NCBI GenBank assembly: GCA_964016885.1
Contig: OZ024740.1
Location: forward strand, 433,814,001 to 433,878,000
From: Eledone cirrhosa
Lineage: Eukaryota
Length of the DNA stretch: 64,000 nt
Direction: 5' to 3'
The notes below the pieces were generated by a model that saw only the letters and a program-made list of their open reading frames with translations, did no database searches and was not told the origin of the DNA. Positions 1-10,602 of this stretch are shown piece after piece. Both the position numbers and the translations under genes were made by a program. How positions within the stretch are numbered: the first letter of the stretch is position 1; the number at the start of each line of letters is the position of its first letter.

Positions 1-1233
1 ACATGTTGGATTAAGTCTACAACTGGAGTATCTCTCATGTGGTAGTTATTATACCACATGTTGGATTAAGTCTACAACTGGAGTATCTCTCATGTGGTAG
101 TTATTATACCACATGTTAGATTAAGTCTACAGCTGGAGTATCTCTCATGTGGTAGTTATTATACCACATGTTGGATTAAGTCTACAACTGGAGTATCTCT
201 CATGTGGTAGTTATTATACCACATGTTAGATTAAGTCTACAACTGGAGTATCTCTCGTGTGGTAGTTATTATACCACATGTTGGATTAAGTCTACAACTG
301 GAGTATCTCTCATGTGGTAGTTATTATACCACATGTTGGATTAAGTCTACAACTGGAGTATCTCTCATGTGGTAGTTATTATACCACATGTTAGATTAAG
401 TCTACAACTGGAGTATCTCTCATGTGGTAGTTATTATACCACATGTTGGATTAAGTCTACAACTGGAGTATCTCTCATGTGGTAGTTATTATACCACATG
501 TTGGATTAAGTCTACAACTGGAGTATCTCTCATGTGGTAGTTATTATACCACATGTTGGATTAAGTCTACAACTGGAGTATCTCTCATGTGGTAGTTATT
601 ATACCACATGTTGGATTAAGTCTACAACTGGAGTATCTCTCATGTGGTAGTTATTATACCACATGTTGGATTAAGTCTACAACTGGAGTATCTCTCATGT
701 GGTAGTTATTATACCACATGTTAGATTAAGTCTACAGCTGGAGTATCTCTCATGTGGTAGTTATTATACCACATGTTGGATTAAGTCTACAACTGGAGTA
801 TCTCTCATGTGGTAGTTATTATACCACATGTTAGATTAAGTCTACAACTGGAGTATCTCTCGTGTGGTAGTTATTATACCACATGTTGGATTAAGTCTAC
901 AACTGGAGTATCTCTCATGTGGTAGTTATTATACCACATGTTGGATTAAGTCTACAACTGGAGTATCTCTCATGTGGTAGTTATTATACCACATGTTAGA
1001 TTAAGTCTACAACTGGAGTATCTCATGTGGTAGTTATTATACCACATGTTAGATTAAGTCTACAACTGGAGTATCTCTCATGTGGTAGTTATTATACCAC
1101 ATGTTAGATTAAGTCTACAACTGGAGTATCTCTCATGTGGTAGTTATTATACCACATGTTGGATTAAGTCTACAACTGGAGTATCTCTCGTGTGGTAGTT
1201 ATTATACCACATGTTAGATTAAGTCTACAACTG
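1..1233. repeat. 55-bp tandem satellite, about 22 copies visible (runs off the left edge)
   Basis: Unit ACATGTTGGATTAAGTCTACAACTGGAGTATCTCTCATGTGGTAGTTATTATACC recurs at 1, 56, 111 etc. Variants recur at 605-bp (11-unit) spacing. Each unit contains the inverted repeat CATGTGGTA-7nt-TACCACATG. Confidence 0.98.
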
Positions 1234-2326
1234 AAGAACATAAAACGTGAATAGCTTAAATAAATACTGCAAGGCATCTTGTGCAACACTAACAATTTAG
1301 CCAGTCCACCAGGGCCAGATTTAATGGGTGTGGGGGGCGCAATTGCCCCTTGGAGTGAGGGGCCACGCCAGCAACGGTCGTAGCAATGTATTTGTGCCCT
1401 CAGCAGTTTATGACAATCAGCCACATTAGGTCTATATATATCCATTTGATGACAGTTTTCAATTTCATTCCTTTTTGTTTATTTAGTAATGATATATATC
1501 ACTATCTGGCCCGTCCGGCTGGTGCCTGGCTAGGTATACCGGCATTTTATCTTTTCAGGAATCCCCCCCTACACTCTATTGCAAAGATACCACACGCCCT
1601 CTCAAGTCAGCAAGGGGAGGGGGGGGGTAATGTGGTCTGATGTTGGGTTTGAATAGGTTTTAGGATTCCCCAGTTCAGCAGCCAGTACGTTAAAGAAAAT
1701 TGATAGTTACAACAATAAAGGTTGAACAGAGAACACATTTTTTAACAAACAATAATTTGTACAACCATAATGGAAATTCCAAGTAACAGAAAATATTTAA
1801 ATTACATTGTTAGAGCCTCAGAGTATACAATATATTTTGTTCGGCCCTCCGGAGCAAAGATGAAGAGATTGTTTGGCGAGCTCACCCTAGAGCATCCTAC
1901 ATACAATTGACCATGAGAGAATCACTGATTCTGTAGCTCGTCTCTCGGAGAAACTCTGTAGATGTTGACCTCTGGACACTCCTGTCAGGAGCAGGTAAGC
2001 TGTAGTGTTCCACAGTGCGAGAGGGTCGGCAAGATCGCAGTTGTGCAGCATAATAGCAAAATGTTTTCGCAGCTGAGAAGGGACTTTAGCAGTTGCTGCT
2101 TCTTGCAGGGTGAGGTGTCAATGGCTGTCATCGTGTAACATACCATGCATCTGCAAGCCAAACGGTAAGTGGAACATTGATGGCCATTGATGGTTCTCAG
2201 ATCTTGGAAAGACTGTGGTCCTCTAACCTCGAACAGTTACAATGACAATAAGCCGTCTGTGCTTTGGTGAAATAAATAGGTTTTTGTTTTTGTGTATGCA
2301 AAAATATCTGTACACGAATATATATA

Positions 2327-2898
2327 TTAAAAGTTTAAGCAAAAAATCGCTGCTTTCACCCTTAACGGGATCTTCTGAAACTTAAAAAATCCGTCTGTGA
2401 ACGCAGAAGTAAATATTTCGAAAAACGTTATCTAATGCAGAAAGCCAGACATACAGAGACATATTATAAGGGCGCTACGTTATAGCTATGTATCTATCTA
2501 AAAAGACAGACTAAGAGAAAAAGGAGAAAGTTGTGCGACGTCATGAGAAAAAGTGAGGAATGTCGTATAACCGAAAGTGTTGACATTTGAAATTTTAAAG
2601 GAGCGAATATTTAAATAATGTCTTTAATCTTTTAACGAAATTCAGTAGACAAAAATACCTTCACTTGTTTACTTGGAAAAAGTTACCTCTATGGTGCAAA
2701 TCTGGTGCTGTTTGGTCCAGCCGTTTGGTGGAAAGTTCGTTACCTACATACGGCGTCAGCTTTATAGTATAGATAGTGTGTAACGTTTTTCAAAATATTT
2801 ACTTCTGCGTTCACAGATTGATTTTTTTAGTTTCAGAAGATCCCGTTAAGGGTGAAAGCAGCGATTCTTTGCTTAAACTTTAATCTGTTCTTTTAATA
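2327..2898. mobile_element. Non-autonomous element with about 100-bp long inverted repeats (foldback/MITE-like)
   Basis: 2328-2430 (AAAGTTTAAGC...GCTGCTTTCACCCTTAACGGGATC...GAAAAACGTTA) is the reverse complement of 2781-2883. Both ends lie next to (TA)n. A collapsed copy of the same arms lies at 30071-30177. Confidence 0.8.
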
Positions 2899-2930
2899 TG
2901 TATATATATAAAATGATGATGATGATGATA

Positions 2931-3669
2931 TAAGAAGTTCAGGGAGCTACTACCACTGCTAGCTGCAAAAGGCTTTTCCCTCAAAATGAAAGGCAGACTG
3001 TATGATGCGTGTATCCGAACAGCAATGTTACATGGTAGTTAGACCTGGGCGCCGTCTGTGGAAGGCTTGCATAGATTAGAAAGAAACGAAGCCTGCATGC
3101 TCCGATGGATGTGTAACAGTAATATACGTGAACGGCAAAACATAAATGAATTGAGAGAGAGACTGAGCATAAGAGGAATCAAATGCTGTGTGCAGGAGAG
3201 GCGGTTGCGTTGGTATGGACATGTGATGCGTATGAAGGATGACAGCTGCATAAAAAGGTGCAGAGCACTAGAAGTCGATGGAAACCGCGGAGTGGGGAGA
3301 TCGAAGAAGACCTGGGATGAGGTGATAAAAGCCGACCTTACCCAATTACACCTCTCATGACCTTGACCTCTGGCGTCTCGCAGTAATACAGAGTCCCGAC
3401 CTCCCATGGGTACAAGCTGAAGCATATAGACAATATGCCCCCACACCCTCCCACTGTAAAGTGGTCGTGGAGGTGCCACGGCAAAAAAGCACCCAGCCCA
3501 CACTGAAAATGAGGTTGGTGTTAGGAAGGGCATCCAGCTGTAAAAATCAAGCCAAAATCAGTTCCTATATGAGCAAGACAAGGTCAGCTGACCAGACACT
3601 ACCCACAACAGGACAACCCGTCTAACCCATGTTAGCGTGGAAGAACGGCCGTAAAATGGTGATGATGAT
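2931..3669 (+). mobile_element. 5'-truncated RTE-clade LINE fragment (ORF C-terminus, 3'UTR, GAT tail)
   Basis: ORF 3058-3360 (RLERNEACMLRWMC...RRLRWYGHVMR...KKTWDEVI) closely matches the end of the 25455-26666 ORF. It shares the 3'UTR and ends in (GAT)n. Confidence 0.9.
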
Positions 3670-3693
3670 TGATATTAGTTCACACTATAATAA

Positions 3694-3900
3694 TTGCTTC
3701 TACTTTTGGCACAAGGCCAGCCACCATCCAAGTGCATTACTGGTACTTTATTTTATCGACCCCGTATTAGACTGGTACTTTTGTTATTGACCTCGAAAGG
3801 ATGAAAGACAAAGTTAACATCGACGGGATTTGAACTCAGACCGTAAAGAAACGTAACTCTGTCAAAGTATGGTGTCTGACCCTCTACCAATACTGCCACT
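3694..3900 (-). mobile_element. tRNA-derived SINE (octopus-type), degenerate
   Basis: Minus strand has a B-box-like GAGTTCAAATCCC followed by CTTTGTCTTTCATCCTTTCGAGGTC...AAAGTACCAG. The same core occurs at 4008-4153 and 21807-21895. Confidence 0.7.
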
Positions 3901-4007
3901 ATAATAATATCAGCTATAATGATGTGTAATTTCAGGTGTGAGGTAAAGCATTAAACATGCTAAACCCATAACTTCAGTTTCATTTCTGTGAAGTAATTCC
4001 TATAGTG

Positions 4008-4153
4008 AACAGTGAATTGTGAAAGTCGTTAGAACGTCAGATAGCTTTGTGGTATCCAGCTCTCTACTCTCTCAGATCAAATCCAACTGAGATCAACTTT
4101 GCCTTTAATCCATTCAAGGTTGATAACAAAATGTACCAGTCTAGTACTGGGGT
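4008..4153 (+). mobile_element. tRNA-derived SINE, degenerate
   Basis: CAGATCAAATCC (decayed B box) followed by CAACTTTGCCTTTAATCCATTCAAGGTTGATAA...GTACCAGT, the same core as 3694-3900 in the opposite orientation. Confidence 0.65.
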
Positions 4154-4635
4154 CTATTCTTCCTCTATATCTCTCACTTCCTCATCCTTTATACTTCTCT
4201 GGAAGAAATCTGCTGTATTCAGACCTGGAGAGGAGATGGGCTCCACCAGATTTCAATATAACACCTCTACAACTCCCCCAACAGTTACGGGACCAACAAT
4301 TACTATGGTCGTCTCGGCTTCATGTTTATAAAAGAAATAAGTGGCCAGAGCTTAGACCTGAAATAAATTTCCAGTGATCAGAATTCATGACTTGGTTTTG
4401 ATTTCCTGCTGAAGCCAGTTTATTTCACTTGAGTTCCTAATAAAACTTCATTATAGAAACTGCCCAACTTTCTATTTCGCATAAGCTATCTGCTTAACCT
4501 TTTAGCATTTAAACTGGTCATATCTGGCCTTAATTCTCTCACCTCTTTCTGCTCAAACTGGTCGTAACTAGCTGCTCATAACAATGTTAAGGTATTGTTC
4601 TCAAAATAAATAATATCAAAATGTCGTAGATTCAA

Positions 4636-4965
4636 TATTATGTGAGGTAAAGCCTTTATCATGAAAATACAATAGTAAATATAGCGTAATGTAAATATTA
4701 TGTGAGGTAAAGCCTTTACTATGAAAATACAATATTATATATAGAGTAATGTAAATGTTACGTGAGATATTATGTGAGGTAAAGCCTTTACTGTGAAAAT
4801 ACAATAGTATATATATAGAGTAATGTAAATGTTATGTGAGATATTATGTGAGGTAAAGCCTTTACTGTGAAAATACAATAGTATATATAGAGTAATGTAA
4901 ATGTTATGTGAGATATTATGTGAGGTAAAGCCTTTACTGTGAAAATACAATAGTATATATAGAGT
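4636..4965. repeat. 72-bp (and 60-bp) minisatellite, array A
   Basis: Unit ATTATGTGAGGTAAAGCCTTTACTGTGAAAATACAATAGTATATATAGAGTAATGTAAATGTTATGTGAGAT. The first unit is the 60-bp form lacking the 12-bp internal duplication. Confidence 0.95.
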
Positions 4966-5202
4966 GGTTTCTTTATTTGCCACTAGGGCACAAAAGGTAG
5001 GGACAGATACAAGGGGGGAAGTTTACATATAATTAACGAGTATAAAAATATAACAATGAAATAACAACAACAAACGAAGTCCTCAATAGGGAGGGGGCAT
5101 TAACATGGGTCGCACACACCCCGGAAAAAATGTGCAACCCTTCTCCTCAGGAGCACAAAGAGTAGGTGCTTCCCTCGTCTCCTCTTTTTCCTCTTCTTTC
5201 AC

Positions 5203-8200
5203 CTACAGGCTGATATAGAGAGAAGACCCATTCACTCTGGCCATTCTCCCTACTTTCACCCACCTTTCATAAAACTTGCTGGGGTAGAGCACCTCTCTCT
5301 CCATTCTGATCCTTCTTTTAAAATGGTATTTGAAAAAGGGGACCAGTTGTTGGCCGGAGAGAAAGGTGTCTGACCTCAGCCCTTTCAGCCTCGTCGACCA
5401 TACAACTTCTTTAGCGATGGCTATCACACAGAGAAAAACCGCCTCTCCTTCGTTTTTGAAAGGGGGAGGCGGTTTGATCGTGACAATGGACTCGGTGGTC
5501 AACCGGATTGGGGCCACCCTCGACAGTAGTCGTTCCACATAGCCCCACAGGTCAGCAATGCCTGGGCAGTGTACGAATGCGTGCGCAACGGTTTCGTCAT
5601 CATGCACGCATCTCGGACAGATCTTATTCAAAGGATCTCTACCCAGGCTCCCATGCCTGTGGAGCTTGTCTCGAACGGGTAGAGCCCCTCGGTAGCACTG
5701 CCAAGCCAGGGACTTTTGGAAGTTGTCCATCGGTCCAGGGCCAAACGTCCTACCGAACAGACTGGCCAGTTCATCTTTCTCCATGCCTAGAGCTTCTCCG
5801 AGAGCATCGCCGCACCTGCTGCGTACCAACCCTCTATAGAATGTCGAGGTGGAGTCTCCACTGATTGCCGGGTCCGCTTTCCAGAGGGCCGTGAGCGCCT
5901 GGGCACATTCAATGTGCCAGTCGCCCACTTTTCTCGGTCTTTGCTTGACCCAGGATTGCAGCTCGGTGAGCGAGACGAGTCTGGGAAAGGCTCGCCTCAC
6001 AAACGGGGCCCACACCGGTTGACCGGTGAGGAATACCTGGAGGTGCCGTAGCCTTAATGCGTGTTTACGCATCTGTAGCCACGGCATCCCCAGCCCTCCT
6101 TTCGAAGGGTGTTGACAGCAGATGGATCTCCTCACCAAAGGGGTCCGCTTGTTCCAAAGAAATTGGAACAGTGCGCACTCCATTTTGGCGAGTCTTTTCA
6201 CTGGGCAAGGCACGACGGTCAAGCGGTAGTAGATGACGGATGCTATATAAGTATTCGCCACCTCCGCTCGACCTTTCAGGGATAGTTTGCACTGGGCCCA
6301 CTTCTGGGTGAGTGCAAACACCCTGGCCGTTACCTCGTTCCAGTTTTTCTCCTGGAGGTCTGGTCCGAACCAGACCCCAAGCAGCTTCACCGGGCCCTCC
6401 GTCCAGCGTCCGACGACGTCGTTGGAGGGCATCGGTTTGCCTCTCCATGTTCCGAGTTGCAAACCGACGGACTTGTCCCGGTTCAGCTTGGCTCCCGTAA
6501 ACCTTTCATATTCCTCCAGTAAGGTGCCGATCTCACCGATTTGCGAGGTTTTCGACACCATTACTGTCACGTCATCGGCGTAGGCCGACGCCGCTTTCTG
6601 CAATCCCGGTTCCAAAGGGATGCCCAGCAACCGCTCTAACTTCCGCAGTAGTGGCTCAAGAGCCAGCACATACAGTAGGGAGGAGAGAGGGCTTCCCTGT
6701 CGGATGGATCGCATGATTTGGAACGGCTCCGAGAGGTGGCCGTTCACCTTGACCCTTGAGCAGACGTTGCTGCTGTGCATCGCAGCAATCCAACCCCTGA
6801 AAACGGGTCCGAAGCCTGCCGCCGCGAGCACCGCATCCAGGTAACGATGGTCAACCCTATCGAAAGCTTTAGATTGATCCAAGTTGATCAGGGCCCCACC
6901 AAAGCCGGGTTCATTCCCTACCCTCTCTATGATGTATCGCATAAGGTGGAGATTGTCGTGAATGGACCTGGACGGGATTGCGCATGTCTGCGCTTCTCCC
7001 ACCAGGTTTCCGACGACAAGCACCAACCTCTTCGCTAACACCTTGGCCAAAATCTTTAACTCTGTATTTAGCAGAGTTATGGGCCTTAAGTTACTTATGT
7101 CATCCCCCTTGTTCTCATCCTTCCTCACCAGCGTAACTACGCCCTTGGTCACAGAACTGGGAATTCTCCCGTTCTGCTGCCAGTTGCAGTAGACCGCTTC
7201 GAGGATATCGGAGAACAAGTCCGGCATCGCTACATATAGCTCGTATGGTAGACCATCGAGACCCGGGGATTTGCGTTTGCCGCATTGGCTCAGCGCCGCC
7301 CCTATCTCAGCAGCTGAAATCGTCCTTTCGCAGGACTTCGCCTCCGCGTCCGAGAGGCGCGGCAGACCGTCGAGGTATGGATTGAAATCCATAGTCTCAC
7401 CCGGCGCGCAGCCCCTCTCGAACAGTCGTGCAAAGTGCCGCTGAAAGGCCGTACACATCTGCCCAGGTTCAAGGATCATACGCCCATCCTGGTCCTTCAA
7501 AGACCGAATCGTGGACTTGTTCCCACTTTTTTCCTCTGTCACTCGGGCCCAGCTCACAGCTTTGGCTCCCTCATTACCCAGAGCACGTATTTTACTCCTG
7601 ACAACGCAGCCTTCATGCTTCACCTCAAAGAACTGGTCTAAGGCCATTCTTGATGCTAGCACGCCGGCTACATTGCCACTCCTAATCGCCTCTTCTACTC
7701 TATCTACTAATTCCCTTTCCGTCTTGTTCCTATCCCTTGCTAATTCCTGACTAAAACCTATCGATTCTATTCTAATTGCTCTCTTAAGAGAGCTCCACCA
7801 CCTGTTGTTGACAATTGCCCCTGTCAAACTCTGCTTAACTAACGTGCTAATCCGTTTACTGTAAGCTTTGCTTCTCAGTAAGGACAAGTTCATCTTCCAG
7901 TAACCGGGTCCCTGTCTATGGGTTCTATCAAGGTTGGCTATGCAGGTCACTAACTTGTGATCCGAATAGTCAACCATGAACATTTTTGGACAGCTAAATG
8001 TGTCCCTATCCTTCTCTCTAACTAGGACCCTATCTAGGTACGGCCTAGATGTTCCGCTAAAATTGGTCCACGTCCATAGTGGTACAGTCGGAAAATCTAG
8101 TCGATATCTATCGGCCAGGTCAAATCGGCCGATTAACCTTTTGAGGCTTTTACACCCCCCTCTATTGGCACATGCCCCTACATAGTCCCAACGTGCATCC

Positions 8201-8637
8201 AGGATACCATTCCAGTCCCCCACTAAAAGCAAGGAGCGGGACGTTCCCAGAAAAGTTTCCAGACGTTGGAAGTATTCCGGCCGCGCTACCCAAAAAGGGG
8301 CGTACACAGCTATTAGTCTAAGGGCTCCACTTTCACTACTGCCGACGTCTAAAACCACCAGTCGACCCTCCGGGTCCAGGTGCACCTTCTGTATGGCGAG
8401 GCCCAGGTGTTTTCGCAGCAGAACGACAACTCCACCCCCACCCCCCGGTTGACAGAGAGATGCGAAGATCTCAAAGTCGTCGAAGAGGGGCGCCAGTTGG
8501 TGCTCGCTGCTGATCCTGGACTCGCAAATAGCCATTACATCCATTCTATGCGACCTGAGATCGTTTAAAAGTTTGCCTTGTTTCCAAGACAGTCCCAGGC
8601 CACGTACATTCAGACACCCAACTCTTATATCAGCCAT
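5203..8637 (-). CDS. LINE ORF2p: AP-like endonuclease, reverse transcriptase, C-terminal CCHC zinc finger (1144 aa)
   Basis: EN motifs LNVRG, AICES, VYAP, GDWN, LDRV, SDH. RT motifs KSPGLDG, RPITLLN, DQSKAFDRVDH, IRQGSPLS, YADD, KLLGV. GGLG motif and CPRC-x8-H-x4-C. PGYWKMN and the overall architecture are typical of Tx1/L1-clade elements. Confidence 0.96.
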   Translation of the reverse strand: MADIRVGCLNVRGLGLSWKQGKLLNDLRSHRMDVMAICESRISSEHQLAPLFDDFEIFASLCQPGGGGGVVVLLRKHLGLAIQKVHLDPEGRLVVLDVGSSESGALRLIAVYAPFWVARPEYFQRLETFLGTSRSLLLVGDWNGILDARWDYVGACANRGGCKSLKRLIGRFDLADRYRLDFPTVPLWTWTNFSGTSRPYLDRVLVREKDRDTFSCPKMFMVDYSDHKLVTCIANLDRTHRQGPGYWKMNLSLLRSKAYSKRISTLVKQSLTGAIVNNRWWSSLKRAIRIESIGFSQELARDRNKTERELVDRVEEAIRSGNVAGVLASRMALDQFFEVKHEGCVVRSKIRALGNEGAKAVSWARVTEEKSGNKSTIRSLKDQDGRMILEPGQMCTAFQRHFARLFERGCAPGETMDFNPYLDGLPRLSDAEAKSCERTISAAEIGAALSQCGKRKSPGLDGLPYELYVAMPDLFSDILEAVYCNWQQNGRIPSSVTKGVVTLVRKDENKGDDISNLRPITLLNTELKILAKVLAKRLVLVVGNLVGEAQTCAIPSRSIHDNLHLMRYIIERVGNEPGFGGALINLDQSKAFDRVDHRYLDAVLAAAGFGPVFRGWIAAMHSSNVCSRVKVNGHLSEPFQIMRSIRQGSPLSSLLYVLALEPLLRKLERLLGIPLEPGLQKAASAYADDVTVMVSKTSQIGEIGTLLEEYERFTGAKLNRDKSVGLQLGTWRGKPMPSNDVVGRWTEGPVKLLGVWFGPDLQEKNWNEVTARVFALTQKWAQCKLSLKGRAEVANTYIASVIYYRLTVVPCPVKRLAKMECALFQFLWNKRTPLVRRSICCQHPSKGGLGMPWLQMRKHALRLRHLQVFLTGQPVWAPFVRRAFPRLVSLTELQSWVKQRPRKVGDWHIECAQALTALWKADPAISGDSTSTFYRGLVRSRCGDALGEALGMEKDELASLFGRTFGPGPMDNFQKSLAWQCYRGALPVRDKLHRHGSLGRDPLNKICPRCVHDDETVAHAFVHCPGIADLWGYVERLLSRVAPIRLTTESIVTIKPPPPFKNEGEAVFLCVIAIAKEVVWSTRLKGLRSDTFLSGQQLVPFFKYHFKRRIRMEREVLYPSKFYERWVKVGRMARVNGSSLYISL

Positions 8638-8658
8638 GTTGGTTAACAGAGGAAGGAC

Positions 8659-10392
8659 CTACCTGTTCGGCTCCTGAGGAGCAGGTTGCACAATATCCAT
8701 GGGCGTATTGGAGGGGTTGTTTGGTGGGGTGTTGTTCTGTGGTGGAGTGGGGGTGTTTGGTGAGGTGTGGGTGGGGAAACGTTTCAAGAGGACGCGGTTA
8801 TAGGGTCGAGTACATGTTTTCCCCACGTCCTCAGGAAAGTTCTCTCTTAGTTTTGCATAGGTGTCCATTGGGAGTCTTATCATTTTTAAATGCGGTTTGT
8901 TGGCCGCGCTTGCAAAGAATTGCCCTTCAGTTTCCACCGAAGGGTCTTTGTGTATTGTTTTTACTAGTTCTTTGTTATTTGTGTTAATGTATGCATACTG
9001 TTTTATTTGTGTTGTGTTTGTTTGTTGTTCTTGTGTGTGCTTACGTTTTGTTGTATGTGTTATGTTTTGGGGTGGGGAGGATTTTGTTTGTTCTGTTTGT
9101 TTTGTTTTTGTTGGTGGTTGTGTGTTTGTTTCGTTTATGTTCGAGTGGTGCTTTCTTTTTTTCCTTTTTACAGGTTGGAAGGGTTCCCCCTCTTCGTCAC
9201 TAGGTGCCGTTTCCGCTGGGTCCTCGTCCGTGCTGTCGGGTAGTGGTGTATTTGGGGGTTTTGTTGTATTTGTGTGTGTTTTGGGAGTTGTTTTGGGTGG
9301 GGCCGTGTCTTGTGTTATTTTTCCGTGTTGTTTTTGTTGTTGTTGTGGTGGTGGTGGTGGAGGTGGTGGTGGCGGCGGTGGTGGTGTGTGGGGTGTAGGC
9401 AAAAGAGCCTTTTTTTTTGTCAATTGAGGACAAGCAGCCCTTAGATGACCCCTGCTTGAACAGTAGTAACATATGGGCCTCCTACCCTCGGCTGAAATAT
9501 ATATAAATGTTTCTCCATCGAGGGACACCCTCTGTGGTATTCTAGCTATTCGTTCTGGTCTCATTTGGACCAGAACCTCCACGCTCAAACCGCCGAAAAC
9601 GTCTGTGGTGACTTCTCCTACTGAAAGGATTCCGTCCTCGTCTTCTAAAAATCCTGTTAGTACCCAGGAAATGCATGCATTTGGCCGGATTCCGGAGACC
9701 CTTATCTTCTGCGTTCTTTTCCCTAAATATGTGGGGAAAAATGTATGTAGCTTGGAAACAATTGGCGTCACAGAGTATTTCCTGGCCGTCAATTGATCCT
9801 TCATTAGGACCGTTATATTCCCATAGAGTGGCCCTTTTTGTATGAACGATATATCACTCCACACATTTTTTAGGACCAGCTCAATCTCTTTTTGGGATAA
9901 TTGAGTTGGTTTCCTTGTTATGTTAGAAATTGTTCTGAAAGATATCGTTCTTAGCGTCGTGTCTCTTTTGATTTCTTGTGGGGAGGTGATTGTGAAGTCT
10001 CCTCCTTCTTTGAAAGTTACATACTGTTTCGCTTCCTTCATCTTTTCTCTCAGAGTTGTAATGTCCAGTTGCTTGCAGGTTTGTGTTTTCCGGACCGCCT
10101 GTGCAAAAGAGGCACCAGTAGTGGGTTCGCTTTGTTTGGTGTTATCGTTATTTTTTCCTTCGTTGGTGTTGTGACTATTGCTGTTATTGTCGTTGTTGTT
10201 TTTGTCTGCGTTTATGTGACTTTCTGGGTTTTCACCCATTTTTACAAATTTTTCTTTTAATTCCGTGTTCCATGTTTCTTTTGCAGAAGTGAGGAGGGAA
10301 GACTTAGAGCCTTGTGCTTCTAGCTTCTCTGTATCACCTTTCTTAGGGGGCGTGGCTTTCACGTTAGGATGAGATGTGAAAATTCCGTCCAT
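8659..10392 (-). CDS. LINE ORF1p, gag-like nucleic-acid-binding protein with zinc knuckle (577 aa from first ATG; frame open to 10485)
   Basis: CYYCSSRGHLRAAC = CX2CX4HX4C; SFAQAV motif; Pro/Gln/Thr low-complexity tail with basic KRKKRK. Lies directly upstream of ORF2. Confidence 0.9.
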   Translation of the reverse strand: MDGIFTSHPNVKATPPKKGDTEKLEAQGSKSSLLTSAKETWNTELKEKFVKMGENPESHINADKNNNDNNSNSHNTNEGKNNDNTKQSEPTTGASFAQAVRKTQTCKQLDITTLREKMKEAKQYVTFKEGGDFTITSPQEIKRDTTLRTISFRTISNITRKPTQLSQKEIELVLKNVWSDISFIQKGPLYGNITVLMKDQLTARKYSVTPIVSKLHTFFPTYLGKRTQKIRVSGIRPNACISWVLTGFLEDEDGILSVGEVTTDVFGGLSVEVLVQMRPERIARIPQRVSLDGETFIYISAEGRRPICYYCSSRGHLRAACPQLTKKKALLPTPHTPPPPPPPPPPPPPQQQQKQHGKITQDTAPPKTTPKTHTNTTKPPNTPLPDSTDEDPAETAPSDEEGEPFQPVKRKKRKHHSNINETNTQPPTKTKQTEQTKSSPPQNITHTTKRKHTQEQQTNTTQIKQYAYINTNNKELVKTIHKDPSVETEGQFFASAANKPHLKMIRLPMDTYAKLRENFPEDVGKTCTRPYNRVLLKRFPTHTSPNTPTPPQNNTPPNNPSNTPMDIVQPAPQEPNR

Positions 10393-10602
10393 TTCAATTA
10401 GTTTGCCGTAATAAATTTTTAACTGGAAAATTCGCCCCAAAAAGGGGCGAAAATAAATAAACTCAAAGTTTGACGACCAAGGCAAGGGGTTAACGTATAT
10501 TACAGTATAAAAAAATTAATCAAAACTCACTTTTGAGTAAGTAAATCCGACTCGGTAGCCGAGCTTGTTCACACACGTCAACACACGTCTCTCGTATACG
10601 AG

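Larger units (their letters stand above)
4968..10602 (-). mobile_element. Full-length Tx1/L1-clade non-LTR retrotransposon, copy 1 (both ORFs open)
   Basis: 5'UTR, ORF1 (CCHC), 21-bp spacer, ORF2 (APE-RT-Zn finger), and about 235-bp 3'UTR ending GGCAAATAAAGAAA. Near-identical to 11244-16896. Confidence 0.95.

Noticed and set aside
3820-3900. tRNA gene suggested by a B-box motif
   Set aside because: No cloverleaf could be formed; it is the decayed head of a SINE.
5330-10260. Many plus-strand ORFs overlapping the LINE (and equivalents in copy 2 and the RTEs)
   Set aside because: Antisense shadows of GC-rich or low-complexity coding sequence, with no recognisable domains.
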